NCBI GenBank assembly: GCA_034676585.1
Contig: JAUCBY010000002.1
Location: 113,432 to 177,431 of the forward strand
Origin: Xanthobacter sp.
GTDB taxonomy: Bacteria > Pseudomonadota > Alphaproteobacteria > Rhizobiales > Xanthobacteraceae
Direction of reading: 5' to 3'
DNA length: 64,000 nucleotides
Shown: positions 39,311 to 47,880 of the stretch, piece by piece
Position numbering within the stretch: the first letter of the stretch is position 1
Layout: every line of letters starts with the position of its first letter
The notes under the pieces: model-generated
What the model was told of the DNA's origin: nothing
The model's input: only the letters and a program-made list of their open reading frames with translations
Databases searched by the model: none
Translations under genes and position numbers: made by a program

Positions 39311-39898
39311 CACGCAATGGCAATCCGCCAGATGATCGTCCACCAGCCCGCAAGCCTGCATGGCGGCATAGACAATGGTGGGGCCGACGAACTTGAAGCC
39401 GTAGCCCTTCAGCCGTTTTGAAAGCGCACGGGAACGATCTGTTTCGGCAGGCACATCCGAGATGCGGGCCGGATGGTTCAGCAACGGCGCGCCATCCACC
39501 GCTTCCCACATCACATCCGCAAAGGCGATGCCTTTCTCCCGCAAATCGAGATAGGCCCTTGCGGACGTCACGGCAGCCTCAATTTTTGACCGGTTACGCA
39601 CAATGCCCGCATCCTGCATCAACGCTTCCACCCTCTCGGCGTCATAGCGGGCCATGATATCCGGGTCGAACCCGTCAAACGCACGGCGGAAATTGTCCCG
39701 CTTGCGCAAGATGGTGATCCACGACAGGCCCGCCTGAAACCCATCCAGCAACAGCTTTTCAAAAAGGGCGCGGCTGTCATGCTCCGGCACCCCCCATTCC
39801 GTGTCGTGATAGGTCACATAAAGCGGATCAGTCCCGCACCACGGGCACCGGCTCACACCATCTTCATGAAGGATGGACACATCCGAACGCATGCTCAT
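39299..39898 (-). CDS. tag: DNA-3-methyladenine glycosylase I
   Basis: CPWCGTDPLYVTYHDTEWGVPEHD and FQAGLSWITILRKRDNFRRAF. ATG 39898 forms an ATGA overlap with the ygfZ stop. Confidence 0.9.
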   Translation of the reverse strand: MSMRSDVSILHEDGVSRCPWCGTDPLYVTYHDTEWGVPEHDSRALFEKLLLDGFQAGLSWITILRKRDNFRRAFDGFDPDIMARYDAERVEALMQDAGIVRNRSKIEAAVTSARAYLDLREKGIAFADVMWEAVDGAPLLNHPARISDVPAETDRSRALSKRLKGYGFKFVGPTIVYAAMQACGLVDDHLADCHCVQAR

Positions 39899-40797
39899 GC
39901 GCCTTTCAGGGCTTTTTCCACCAGATCCAGCGGGCTTTCCTTCCGGGACCATTCCATTTCGAAATGCGCCCATTCAGGGCGTTGCAGTTCCACCTCAACC
40001 CCGGCAACCAGCAAGGGCGTGCCAGCCGCCTGCGCCGCCGATGTGCGATCCAGACGCACTGTTGCGATGGCATGGTGTCCAGCAGCTGAAGTCGTGCGCC
40101 CCACGGCCTTGTCTGCGGCCATGATCTCCGCCCCGGCAATAGCCTCCTGCGGGAAAGTGACCTGTACCAGACGATTACGGGCGGTGGTGCGGTGCTCCAT
40201 ACGGCTCACCACCTCCTGCCCGACATAACAGCCCTTGTGGAAGTCCACCCCGCCCAGTTGATCCATATCAGCCTCATGGGGGAAGGCATCATTATAGGCA
40301 AAATCCACCCCGCCCCTGGGAATGCCAAGAGCGATGCGCGCCGTCTCATAAGCCTGCACATCTCCACACAGCGCCTGCGCCTGTTCAAGCGGCAGAACGA
40401 GGCGGTGCCCAAGAGCGGGCAAGCGCGGGTCCGGAAATGCCTGAATATCTGCGGGCAAATCCTGCCCCGGCAGAAGGGCAGCCACGGCCACCTCATCCAG
40501 CCGTTCCAGCACAACCTTGGCCCGCAGGCGCAGGAAGGTGAGGCGCTTGAGCAGGTCTGCAGCAACCTCCTGCGGCGCATCAATCAGGAAGCTCTCTTCC
40601 CCTTCGCGATACAGCAGAAAGTCCGAGATGATCTTGCCTTGCGGTGTCAGCAAGGCACCATAACGGGATGCACCATTTTCCAGATGCTCCACATCACAGG
40701 TGAGCACACCATGGAGAAAATGCGCGGCATCTGAACCCGCAGCACGGGCAAGCACGCGATCAGTCAGCAAAACGGCGGGACATTGAATGGCGGACAT
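39895..40797 (-). CDS. ygfZ: folate-binding Fe/S-cluster and tRNA-modification protein YgfZ (GcvT-like)
   Basis: Signature KGCYVGQEVVSR and a GcvT-like fold. ATG 40797 (MSAIQCPAVLL). Confidence 0.85.
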   Translation of the reverse strand: MSAIQCPAVLLTDRVLARAAGSDAAHFLHGVLTCDVEHLENGASRYGALLTPQGKIISDFLLYREGEESFLIDAPQEVAADLLKRLTFLRLRAKVVLERLDEVAVAALLPGQDLPADIQAFPDPRLPALGHRLVLPLEQAQALCGDVQAYETARIALGIPRGGVDFAYNDAFPHEADMDQLGGVDFHKGCYVGQEVVSRMEHRTTARNRLVQVTFPQEAIAGAEIMAADKAVGRTTSAAGHHAIATVRLDRTSAAQAAGTPLLVAGVEVELQRPEWAHFEMEWSRKESPLDLVEKALKGA

Positions 40798-40968
40798 GGG
40801 GCCGGTCCTCATTCCAGAAGGCAGCCTATACCTAGGCGCGTCCGCACCAAGCCTCAAGGGCAGACCGACGATACAAGCCAGACTGAAATTTGAAGCATTT
40901 GCATGTCACCGCTTGCCATGTGCGCCCGTGCGGAGTTGAGTGCGCCCTTTCAGGTCTTCCGGCACGTC

Positions 40969-41835
40969 ATGTCTGCTTCAGAATCATCCACGCCTTTTTC
41001 CCCTGCAAGCACCTGCATCACCTTGCAGGCGCGGGATCGCGCCATTGTGCTGGGGCCACGCGCGCAGGTCATGGGCATCATCAATGTCACGCCCGATTCG
41101 TTCTCGGATGGCGGCCGCAGCCTTGCCACTGATGATGCACTGACCCATGCCGCGCGGCTGGAGGCAGAGGGTGCGGACATACTGGACATTGGTGCGGAAT
41201 CCACGCGCCCCGGCCACACCCCGCTTTCGGCAGAAGAGGAATGGAGCCGTCTGGCCCCTGTTCTGGCAGGCCTTCCACATCACAGCCGTCTGCCGGTGTC
41301 GGTTGATACCTTCAAGGCCGGGACTGCACGCCTTGCACTGGAACATGGTGCGCATATCATCAATGACATCTGGGGCTTTGCCCGCGACACGGAAATGCCC
41401 CATGTGGTGGCAGATTTCGGGGCCGCCGCCATTGTCATGCACAATCGGGAGGAGATTGATCCGGCCATTGATATTGTGGCGGACATGATCGCCTTTTTCG
41501 AGCGCGCCATTGCACGGGCAGAAGCTGCCGACCTGCCCCGCACCAAACTGGTGCTGGACCCCGGCATTGGCTTTGGAAAAACCTTCGGGCAAAATCTTGA
41601 GGCGCAGCGACGGCTTGGCGAACTGCGCGTGCTGGGCCTGCCGCTACTGCTCGGCACCTCCCGCAAATCCTTCATTGGCAAGGTGGTGGAGAGCACGCCG
41701 GCAGAGCGCCTGCCCGGCACCATTGCCTCCAATGTGATCGGGTTAATGGCAGGCGTGGAGATCATTCGCGTACACGATGTTGCAGCCCATGTGCAAGCGG
41801 CGCGCGTGACTGAAGCCATTCGGGGGCTGGCATGA
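40969..41835 (+). CDS. folP: dihydropteroate synthase
   Basis: MGIINVTPDSFSDGG, IDIGAESTRPG and GTSRKSFIG. The start could be ATG 40903 or 40969. Confidence 0.9.
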   Translation: MSASESSTPFSPASTCITLQARDRAIVLGPRAQVMGIINVTPDSFSDGGRSLATDDALTHAARLEAEGADILDIGAESTRPGHTPLSAEEEWSRLAPVLAGLPHHSRLPVSVDTFKAGTARLALEHGAHIINDIWGFARDTEMPHVVADFGAAAIVMHNREEIDPAIDIVADMIAFFERAIARAEAADLPRTKLVLDPGIGFGKTFGQNLEAQRRLGELRVLGLPLLLGTSRKSFIGKVVESTPAERLPGTIASNVIGLMAGVEIIRVHDVAAHVQAARVTEAIRGLA

Positions 41836-42368
41836 TTGCAGATGCTCGCCTTCTCCCTGAATCCTCCATGCAGGAGGCCTCATCCGCCCTCACCTATCTT
41901 TGTCTTGGTGCAAATGTTGGCGAGCGGTCGAAGACCTTGCAACAGGCTCTGGAGCTTCTGGAACTGGCGGGCATTGTGATCGCGACGCGCTCCTCCCTAT
42001 ATGAAACGCCGCCCTGGGGGCCGATTGTGCAGGGGCCATACCTCAATCAGGTCGTGGCAGCCCACACAACATTATCCGCACCCGCCTTGCTGAGCCTTGC
42101 CTTGCGCGTGGAACGCACGCTAGGGCGGGATCGCGCGCGCGAACTGCGCTATGGCCCACGCCGGATTGATATCGACATTCTGCTGTTTGAGGGGGTCGAG
42201 AGCACTGACCCGGATCTGGAACTGCCGCACCCGCGCATTCTGGAGCGGGCCTTCGTGCTGGTGCCCCTGCTTGAGATCGCGCCAGACATCACGATTCAGG
42301 GACGCCGGGCAGATGCAGCGCTCGCGGCCCTTGATCAATCGGCGATCGTGAAGTTTGAGGCGGCCTGA
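41832..42368 (+). CDS. folK: 2-amino-4-hydroxy-6-hydroxymethyldihydropteridine diphosphokinase
   Basis: YLCLGANVG, YETPPWG, RYGPRRIDIDILLF and LPHPRILERAFVLVPL. ATGA overlap with folP. Confidence 0.9.
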   Translation: MIADARLLPESSMQEASSALTYLCLGANVGERSKTLQQALELLELAGIVIATRSSLYETPPWGPIVQGPYLNQVVAAHTTLSAPALLSLALRVERTLGRDRARELRYGPRRIDIDILLFEGVESTDPDLELPHPRILERAFVLVPLLEIAPDITIQGRRADAALAALDQSAIVKFEAA

Positions 42369-42484
42369 GCGCCGACACGCGCCTGCGACGGAAATAGGAC
42401 TGGACTTTACTGCCCGGTCATGACGATTTCCCACCTGTGCAATCGGAACATGCGCCGGCAAATGGCGCGGGAGGGACGAGGGGC

Positions 42485-43474
42485 ATGACGGGCCAGCACC
42501 ATGTGGATGATGCAAAGCTTGCTGAAGGTGTCTTGAGGGGCGAGAGAGCTGCTCTGGCGCGCGCGATCACCCTTGTGGAATCACGGCGCAGCGATCACCG
42601 CCAGCGGGCACAGGCCATGCTCCAGACCCTGCTGCCCCACACCGGAAAAGCCTTCCGGGTCGGGATTACCGGCGTTCCGGGTGTCGGCAAATCCACCACG
42701 ATTGATACGCTGGGCAGCCATCTCACCGCACGGGGTCACCGTGTTGCCGTACTGGCGGTAGACCCCTCCTCCACCCGTACCGGCGGCTCCATTCTGGGTG
42801 ACAAGACCCGGATGTCACAACTGGCTGTGGACCCGAAAGCCTTCATCCGTCCCTCTCCTTCCGGCGGCACACTGGGCGGCATTGCGGCCAAAACGCGCGA
42901 AACCATGCTGCTGTGTGAAGCGGCCGGTTTTGATGTGGTGCTGGTGGAGACGGTGGGCGTTGGCCAATCTGAAACCACGGTGGCTGAACTCACCGATACA
43001 TTTCTGGTGCTGATGCTGCCGGGCGCTGGAGATGAGCTTCAGGGCATCAAGAAGGGCGTGCTGGAACTGGCGGACATTGTTGCTGTCAACAAGGCCGATG
43101 GCGACAATATTCGCCGTGCGCGGGCAGCCGCCGGGGAGTATCGCGCGGCGTTGCACCTGCTTGGCACGCATCAGTCCTACTGGTCTCCGCCTGTCCTCAC
43201 CTATTCGGGCCTGACAGGCGATGGCGTGGATGCCGTATGGGAGCAGGTGGAACTACACCGGCAGAAATGTGAGGCGGCGGGCCATTTTGCTGCCAATCGT
43301 CAGACGCAGCAGGTGCGCTGGATGTGGACCTTGCTGAATGAGCGCCTCACAGAGCGTGTGACCAGTGATGCCGCAGTCAAGGCGCGCCTGCCGGCTCTGG
43401 AAAGCGCTGTCGCGGCTGGCACATTGGCCCCTGCCATGGCAGCAGCAGAAATTGCCGGACTGATCGGGCTATAG
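42485..43474 (+). CDS. meaB: methylmalonyl-CoA mutase-associated GTPase MeaB/ArgK
   Basis: GITGVPGVGKST P-loop, LAVDPSS, VLVETVGVGQSE and VNKADG. ATG 42485 is preceded by a GGGAGGG RBS. Confidence 0.9.
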   Translation: MTGQHHVDDAKLAEGVLRGERAALARAITLVESRRSDHRQRAQAMLQTLLPHTGKAFRVGITGVPGVGKSTTIDTLGSHLTARGHRVAVLAVDPSSTRTGGSILGDKTRMSQLAVDPKAFIRPSPSGGTLGGIAAKTRETMLLCEAAGFDVVLVETVGVGQSETTVAELTDTFLVLMLPGAGDELQGIKKGVLELADIVAVNKADGDNIRRARAAAGEYRAALHLLGTHQSYWSPPVLTYSGLTGDGVDAVWEQVELHRQKCEAAGHFAANRQTQQVRWMWTLLNERLTERVTSDAAVKARLPALESAVAAGTLAPAMAAAEIAGLIGL

Positions 43475-43763
43475 GGGCGGATACATCCAGAGTGGACGAG
43501 GAGAGTGCGAAAGGCTTTTCAAAACAGAAACGGCCTCCTGCCGCGTGACTGTTTCAGGACTTGCCACCCTCACCTCGATTCCGGTCTGCTTCCGGCGGAT
43601 GCACCGCCCCGCCTGCCCCACATGGTGCAAGAGTGGTTCTTGGGGCTGGAAAACGGGGCTGTATGTCCTTCTGAACCTGCAATTTTGGCTTTTATGCCTG
43701 CGGCTTCTTCAATTCCTCAGGCCAATGGCGTAAACGCCATAAAGTCCCCCTGATCTGCTACGG

Positions 43764-44699
43764 GTGGGTGCAGTGACTATTTATCTGCCGATTGCCGAAC
43801 TGCCGGTGGCGATTTTCAGCATCTTCGCCATGGGCCTCGCCGTGGGCTTCATCTCAGGCATGTTTGGCGTGGGCGGCGGCTTCCTCATGACGCCGCTGCT
43901 GATTTTCACCGGCATCTCTCCGGCTGTCGCCGTGGCCAGCGCCTCGCCCTATATGGCCGCCTCCTCCTTCTCGGGCGCACTCTCCTATCTGCGAAAAGGC
44001 ATGGTTGACCTGCCCCTTGCGGGTATCCTCCTGGCGGGGGGCGGTGTGGGCACGGTGTGCGGTGTGGCCCTGTTCACATGGCTCAACAGCATCGGGCAAG
44101 TGGATCTCATCATCCGCCTCTCCTACACGCTGCTGCTGGGTGGCATCGGCTTCATGATGCTGCTGGAAAGCGTGCGTGCCATCATCCGCACCCGCAAGGG
44201 GGGCAAGGCGCAAGTGCGCCGCCCCGGCACCCATAGCTGGGTGATGCGCCTGCCCCTGAAAATGCGTTTCCGTCGCGCGCGGATTTATGTGTCCACGATT
44301 CCCGTGGTTGTACTGGGATGGATGATTGGCCTGCTGGGTGCGGTTCTGGGTGTGGGCGGCGGTTTTATTCTGGTGCCGGCGCTGATCTATCTTTTACGTG
44401 TACCCACCACAACCGCTGTTGGCACCTCCTCCGTGCTCACCGTCGCAACCATGGTTGCGGCCACCATTCTGCATGCGGCCACGAATGGCACAGTGGATGC
44501 GATGCTGGCTTTTGTGCTGATGGTGGGCGGCACCATGGGCGCACAGTTCGGGGCCCGCACGGGACAAACCATCCGCCCGGATTATCTGCGCCTGCTGCTG
44601 GCCCTTCTGGTGCTCTCTGTTGGCCTGCGTGTCGCAGCCGAACTGGTCCGCACCCCTGCTGATCGCTATGTGGTGACCCATGTGGAGACGCCGCGATGA
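43764..44699 (+). CDS. TauE/SafE-family anion exporter-like membrane protein
   Basis: Two-fold repeat of 4 TM, with GxxxG-rich FGVGGGFLMTPLL and LGVGGGFILVPAL. GTG start at 43764. Confidence 0.85.
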   Translation: MGAVTIYLPIAELPVAIFSIFAMGLAVGFISGMFGVGGGFLMTPLLIFTGISPAVAVASASPYMAASSFSGALSYLRKGMVDLPLAGILLAGGGVGTVCGVALFTWLNSIGQVDLIIRLSYTLLLGGIGFMMLLESVRAIIRTRKGGKAQVRRPGTHSWVMRLPLKMRFRRARIYVSTIPVVVLGWMIGLLGAVLGVGGGFILVPALIYLLRVPTTTAVGTSSVLTVATMVAATILHAATNGTVDAMLAFVLMVGGTMGAQFGARTGQTIRPDYLRLLLALLVLSVGLRVAAELVRTPADRYVVTHVETPR

Positions 44700-45505
44700 G
44701 CATTATGCGTGCGCTCCGGCTTGTTCTGCTCTGCGGCCTGACAGCCATGCTGTTTGCACCGCCTGTTCGCGCAGCCCAGACAGATATGCCATCCCGCCCG
44801 CGTGACCGGGTGGTCCTCTCCATTTCCCAACCGGAGGTGCGCATCACCTCGAACTTCACCGGGGCAGAACTGGTGCTGTTTGGCGTTGCTGAAAAGGAAG
44901 AGGGGCTGGATCTGGATCCGGATGTGGTCATCACAGTGCGCGGCCCCAATGCCAGCTATGTCACATGGCGCAAGGCACGGGTGCTGGGGCTGTGGGTGAA
45001 TACGGACAGCCGGACCTTTGTGGAGGCCCCTTCATTCCTGAGTGTGCAGGCCAGCCGCCCGCTGGAGGAAATGGCGAGTCTTCAGATCCTGAGGCTGGAA
45101 CAGATTGGCCTGATCCGCAATACGCTGTTGCAACGGGTGGGGCCGGATTATGCCGATGTTGTACCAACCGACCCGTTTCGCGCAGCCTTTCTGCGTATTC
45201 AGGAAAACGAACATTTTTATCAGGAAAATCCTGAAGGCGTCCGCTTCATTGCGCCCGGCGTATTTCGGGCCGAGGTGAAGATTCCCGGTCGTGCGCCGCT
45301 GGGCCACTATGAGGTGACAGCAAAACTGCTCCGGGATGGGCAGGTGATTGCCCAGGCTGTGGGTGGTTTTGATGTCCAGCGCAGTGGTTTTGAGCAGGAG
45401 ATTGCAACCATGGCGCAAAATCACGGTGTTATTTATGGCGTTATAGTTGCAATTGGCAGCCTTCTGGTTGGCTTCATAGGTAGCGTGGTATTCCGAAAGG
45501 AATGA
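44696..45505 (+). CDS. TIGR02186 / Alph_Pro_TM-family protein (function unknown)
   Basis: Signal peptide, roughly 215-aa periplasmic body and C-terminal TM (VIYGVIVAIGSLLVGFIGSVVFRKE). The family assignment is from memory of its pattern and of its usual pairing with TauE. ATGA overlap with the upstream gene. Confidence 0.7.
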   Translation: MSIMRALRLVLLCGLTAMLFAPPVRAAQTDMPSRPRDRVVLSISQPEVRITSNFTGAELVLFGVAEKEEGLDLDPDVVITVRGPNASYVTWRKARVLGLWVNTDSRTFVEAPSFLSVQASRPLEEMASLQILRLEQIGLIRNTLLQRVGPDYADVVPTDPFRAAFLRIQENEHFYQENPEGVRFIAPGVFRAEVKIPGRAPLGHYEVTAKLLRDGQVIAQAVGGFDVQRSGFEQEIATMAQNHGVIYGVIVAIGSLLVGFIGSVVFRKE

Positions 45506-45742
45506 CGTGCGGCAAAGAAAGCCGACAATGGATTTGCACTCGGCTTTTCCAGCCCTCAGCCGCTGAACACACACCCGATACACGAAAACGAGCAGAACTG
45601 GCGTCAGATCCACTTTTTCATCACCCCGGCTCTTGCAGTTCATGTCTTCAGCGGTCAAAGAGAAGCAGCGCAAGCGCTTGAAATTGTCATGCACTTTCAG
45701 CGAAGAGCTTCGGGTGCCAAGCCCTGACCGGCACCCGTTGGG

Positions 45743-45780
45743 ACGGGACAGTGCTGATGCACTGTCCCGTTTCGCTTTTA
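45743..45780 (+). terminator. orphan intrinsic terminator inside the long intergenic region
   Basis: ACGGGACAGTGC-TGAT-GCACTGTCCCGT perfect 12-bp stem followed by TTCGCTTTTA. Preceded by a second hairpin, GGGTGCC/GGCACCC, at 45712-45736. Confidence 0.6.
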
Positions 45781-45946
45781 GCCGCCCAGTCATCCCTTGT
45801 GCAGTCAGGCAGCCATACCCCATGGTTGTGGTGGTCACGCTCACGGTTTTCAGGCATATGAAACGGATGAGGCACTAACGACATCGCGTTCAGGCCTCAT
45901 CATGGTCGCTCATGCGCGCGGCGACAGTTTCGACAGGGAGGCTCAT

Positions 45947-46729
45947 GTGGCTGGCACCATCTCCATTTCCGTCGAAAGCGGCATTGCCCGTCTTGCCCTC
46001 TCCAATCCGGAGCGGCGCAATGCCATTTCCGCAGGCATGTGGCAGCAGATCGCGGATTTTGCCAATTCCGCCAAGCAGAAACGGGATATTCGCGTTGCCA
46101 TTCTGCGTGGCGAGGGGGAAAAGGCATTTTCCGGCGGCGCTGATATTTCAGACTTCAATGGTGCGCGGGCTGATGCCTCCGGTGCGCAGACCTATGATGA
46201 TCTGGTGGAAGCAGCCTGTGCGGCGGTGGAAGCCCTGCCCTTCCCCACTCTTGCTTTGATCCGTGGGGCCTGTGTTGGAGCCGGAGCCGCACTGGCAGCA
46301 AGCTGTGACCTGCGGATTGGGGCCGATGACGCCTTCTTTGCAGTCCCTGCGGCGCGTCTTGGTCTGGGCTACGACCCGCGCGGCATGCCACGCCTGCTGC
46401 GCGCTTTTGGAAGCCAGGGCACCCGCACGCTCTTTTTCACCGCAGAGCGCCTCAGTGCGCAGCGTGCTTTTGAACTGGGTGCAATTGATGCACTGGTCGA
46501 AGCCGCACAGATCGAGGCGAATGCAGACAAGCTGGCACAACGTATTTGTGAAAATGCGCCATTAACCCTGAAAGCCGCTAAACTCGCCATTCGGGCGGCA
46601 GAAGGGGCGCCGCATTCAGTACTTGCAGAAGCCCGGCATGCAACAGTTCAGGCCAACTCAAGTGCTGATTACCGCGAGGGCCGACAGGCCTTCACTGAAA
46701 AGCGCGCCCCCCGCTTTTCAGGCACCTGA
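45947..46729 (+). CDS. enoyl-CoA hydratase/isomerase family protein
   Basis: Crotonase fold (RRNAIS, FSGGADISDF, GACVGAGAALAASCD). GTG 45947 is preceded by GGGAGG; ATG 45902 is an alternative start. Confidence 0.85.
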   Translation: MAGTISISVESGIARLALSNPERRNAISAGMWQQIADFANSAKQKRDIRVAILRGEGEKAFSGGADISDFNGARADASGAQTYDDLVEAACAAVEALPFPTLALIRGACVGAGAALAASCDLRIGADDAFFAVPAARLGLGYDPRGMPRLLRAFGSQGTRTLFFTAERLSAQRAFELGAIDALVEAAQIEANADKLAQRICENAPLTLKAAKLAIRAAEGAPHSVLAEARHATVQANSSADYREGRQAFTEKRAPRFSGT

Positions 46730-46780
46730 ACAGCCTGACCGGCTCCCCGATAAGGAAAGAGCCGATCATCAGCCATACAC

Positions 46781-47263
46781 TCAGATCTTTTTCAGGCGCG
46801 CGTTACAGGCACTCCAGAACTGGGGCCACTTCTGGCCAGCGGGCACTTGGCCAGCCGCCTTCAGTTTTTTCCACTCTGCACCGCACTGCTTTTGCCTTGT
46901 CCGTGCAGCCTTCTGCCCATCATGTGCTGGCGCCGCCTTCTCCTTCTGGCCTTCTTGCTGGACTGTACGCCCCTGCGCTGGAGAGGACACTGCACGCACG
47001 GCCCCACCTTTCTCACCCTCACTCTTGCCGGCATGAGGGGCCGCTGGCTTTTCTTCTGCCTTCAACCGCGTGCTGCAAACTTTATAGAAGTCCTTCCATG
47101 TCTGCCCGGCCGGAACCTTGTCGGCAGCCTTGGCAGCGGACCATTCATCGCCACATATTTTCATTCGGCTTGGCGGTGCTGCAATGCTTGCGACAGGCCA
47201 AAACAGCAGGCAAGCCCCCAAAACAGTTGCCGCGCTCCAAATCCGCCCCTGATACCCCTGCAT
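46781..47263 (-). CDS. hypothetical secreted Lys/Ala-rich protein with a duplicated two-Cys motif
   Basis: Signal peptide, then KICGDEWSAAKAADKVPAGQTWKDFYKVCSTRLK and KQCGAEWKKLKAAGQVPAGQKWPQFWSACNARLK separated by a low-complexity linker. Confidence 0.65.
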   Translation of the reverse strand: MQGYQGRIWSAATVLGACLLFWPVASIAAPPSRMKICGDEWSAAKAADKVPAGQTWKDFYKVCSTRLKAEEKPAAPHAGKSEGEKGGAVRAVSSPAQGRTVQQEGQKEKAAPAHDGQKAARTRQKQCGAEWKKLKAAGQVPAGQKWPQFWSACNARLKKI

Positions 47264-47486
47264 GGTACTTCCCTATGGTGATGTGCCTTGTGGCTTTCTC
47301 CATTCACCAGATCAGAGAAAGCCACATACATTGAGCGGATATATTCGGGGCGTGCGCGCCGGCTTTCACCTTGCTGCCGCGTGCCCGAGCGTTGAAAATA
47401 CAACCGAGATATACCCCTAAAGCGGCAAAATCACACTTTGGGTTGTTCACGCCATCTATTCTTCGGTGTTCATCCACAAGCTGGTA

Positions 47487-47515
47487 TTGGCAGATGACCT
47501 CACCACATATATGTT
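47487..47515 (+). promoter_or_regulatory. candidate sigma70-type promoter of tRNA-Gln
   Basis: TTGGCA-N17-TATGTT, ending 13 nt before the mature tRNA 5' end. Confidence 0.35.
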
Positions 47516-47528
47516 CCGGCCACTGAAT

Positions 47529-47603
47529 TGGGGCGTAGCCAAGTGGTAAGGCAGCGGATTTTGATTCCGCCATTCGGAGGTTCGAACCCTCCCGCCCCAG
47601 CCA
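47529..47603 (+). tRNA. tRNA-Gln (anticodon UUG), CCA encoded
   Basis: Cloverleaf read by hand: acceptor TGGGGCG/CGCCCCA (U1-A72), D arm GCC/GGC, anticodon stem GCGGA/TCCGC with loop TTTTGAT, T arm GGAGG-TTCGAAC-CCTCC. Nearly collinear with E. coli tRNA-Gln. Confidence 0.95.
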
Positions 47604-47667
47604 GTTTTTCCTGTTAAAACAATATCTTCTTTCGAGAAAAAACACTTCGAAAGCCAATGGACCAAGC

Positions 47668-47693
47668 ACCAAAAACCCCGCTGAAGCGGGGTT
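47668..47693 (-). terminator. intrinsic terminator of the 53-codon ORF
   Basis: AACCCCGC-TTCA-GCGGGGTT stem (minus-strand reading) followed by TTTTTGG. Confidence 0.65.
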
Positions 47694-47718
47694 ATGGCAC
47701 GCCGGTTTTATTGAAAGC

Positions 47719-47880
47719 TCAGGCTCTCTCGTGAACAGTCAGCCACGAGAATGTGGTGAACATCAAAGCCCACAGCACATAAGAAAATGCCTTTTCCGCA
47801 TTACCCAGGCACAGGGCGTACACAAAAGCACCCCACCCGATCAGCGCCACGATAAAAATCACACTCTGCAAGATCCGCAT
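47719..47880 (-). CDS. small hydrophobic protein, 53 aa, two predicted TM helices (below the 60-aa ORF-track cutoff)
   Basis: Hand translation: MRILQSVIFIVALIGWGAFVYALCLGNAEKAFSYVLWALMFTTFSWLTVHERA. GAGGGG lies 5 nt upstream of the ATG. The terminator follows 25 nt after the TGA. Confidence 0.55.
   Translation of the reverse strand: MRILQSVIFIVALIGWGAFVYALCLGNAEKAFSYVLWALMFTTFSWLTVHERA

Noticed and set aside
43475-43763. Possible cobalamin riboswitch in the 289-bp spacer after meaB
   Set aside because: I could not find a B12-box-like element or the conserved GGGAA/GCCACTG-type core by eye. The downstream gene (TauE) is also not a typical B12-regulated target. A cmscan would be needed to exclude it formally.
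45032-45844. 270-aa minus-strand ORF, together with 45633-45878 (plus) and 45687-45884 (minus)
   Set aside because: The long ORF is antisense to the TIGR02186 gene and reads through two hairpins. The short ones traverse the terminator stems and have no RBS.
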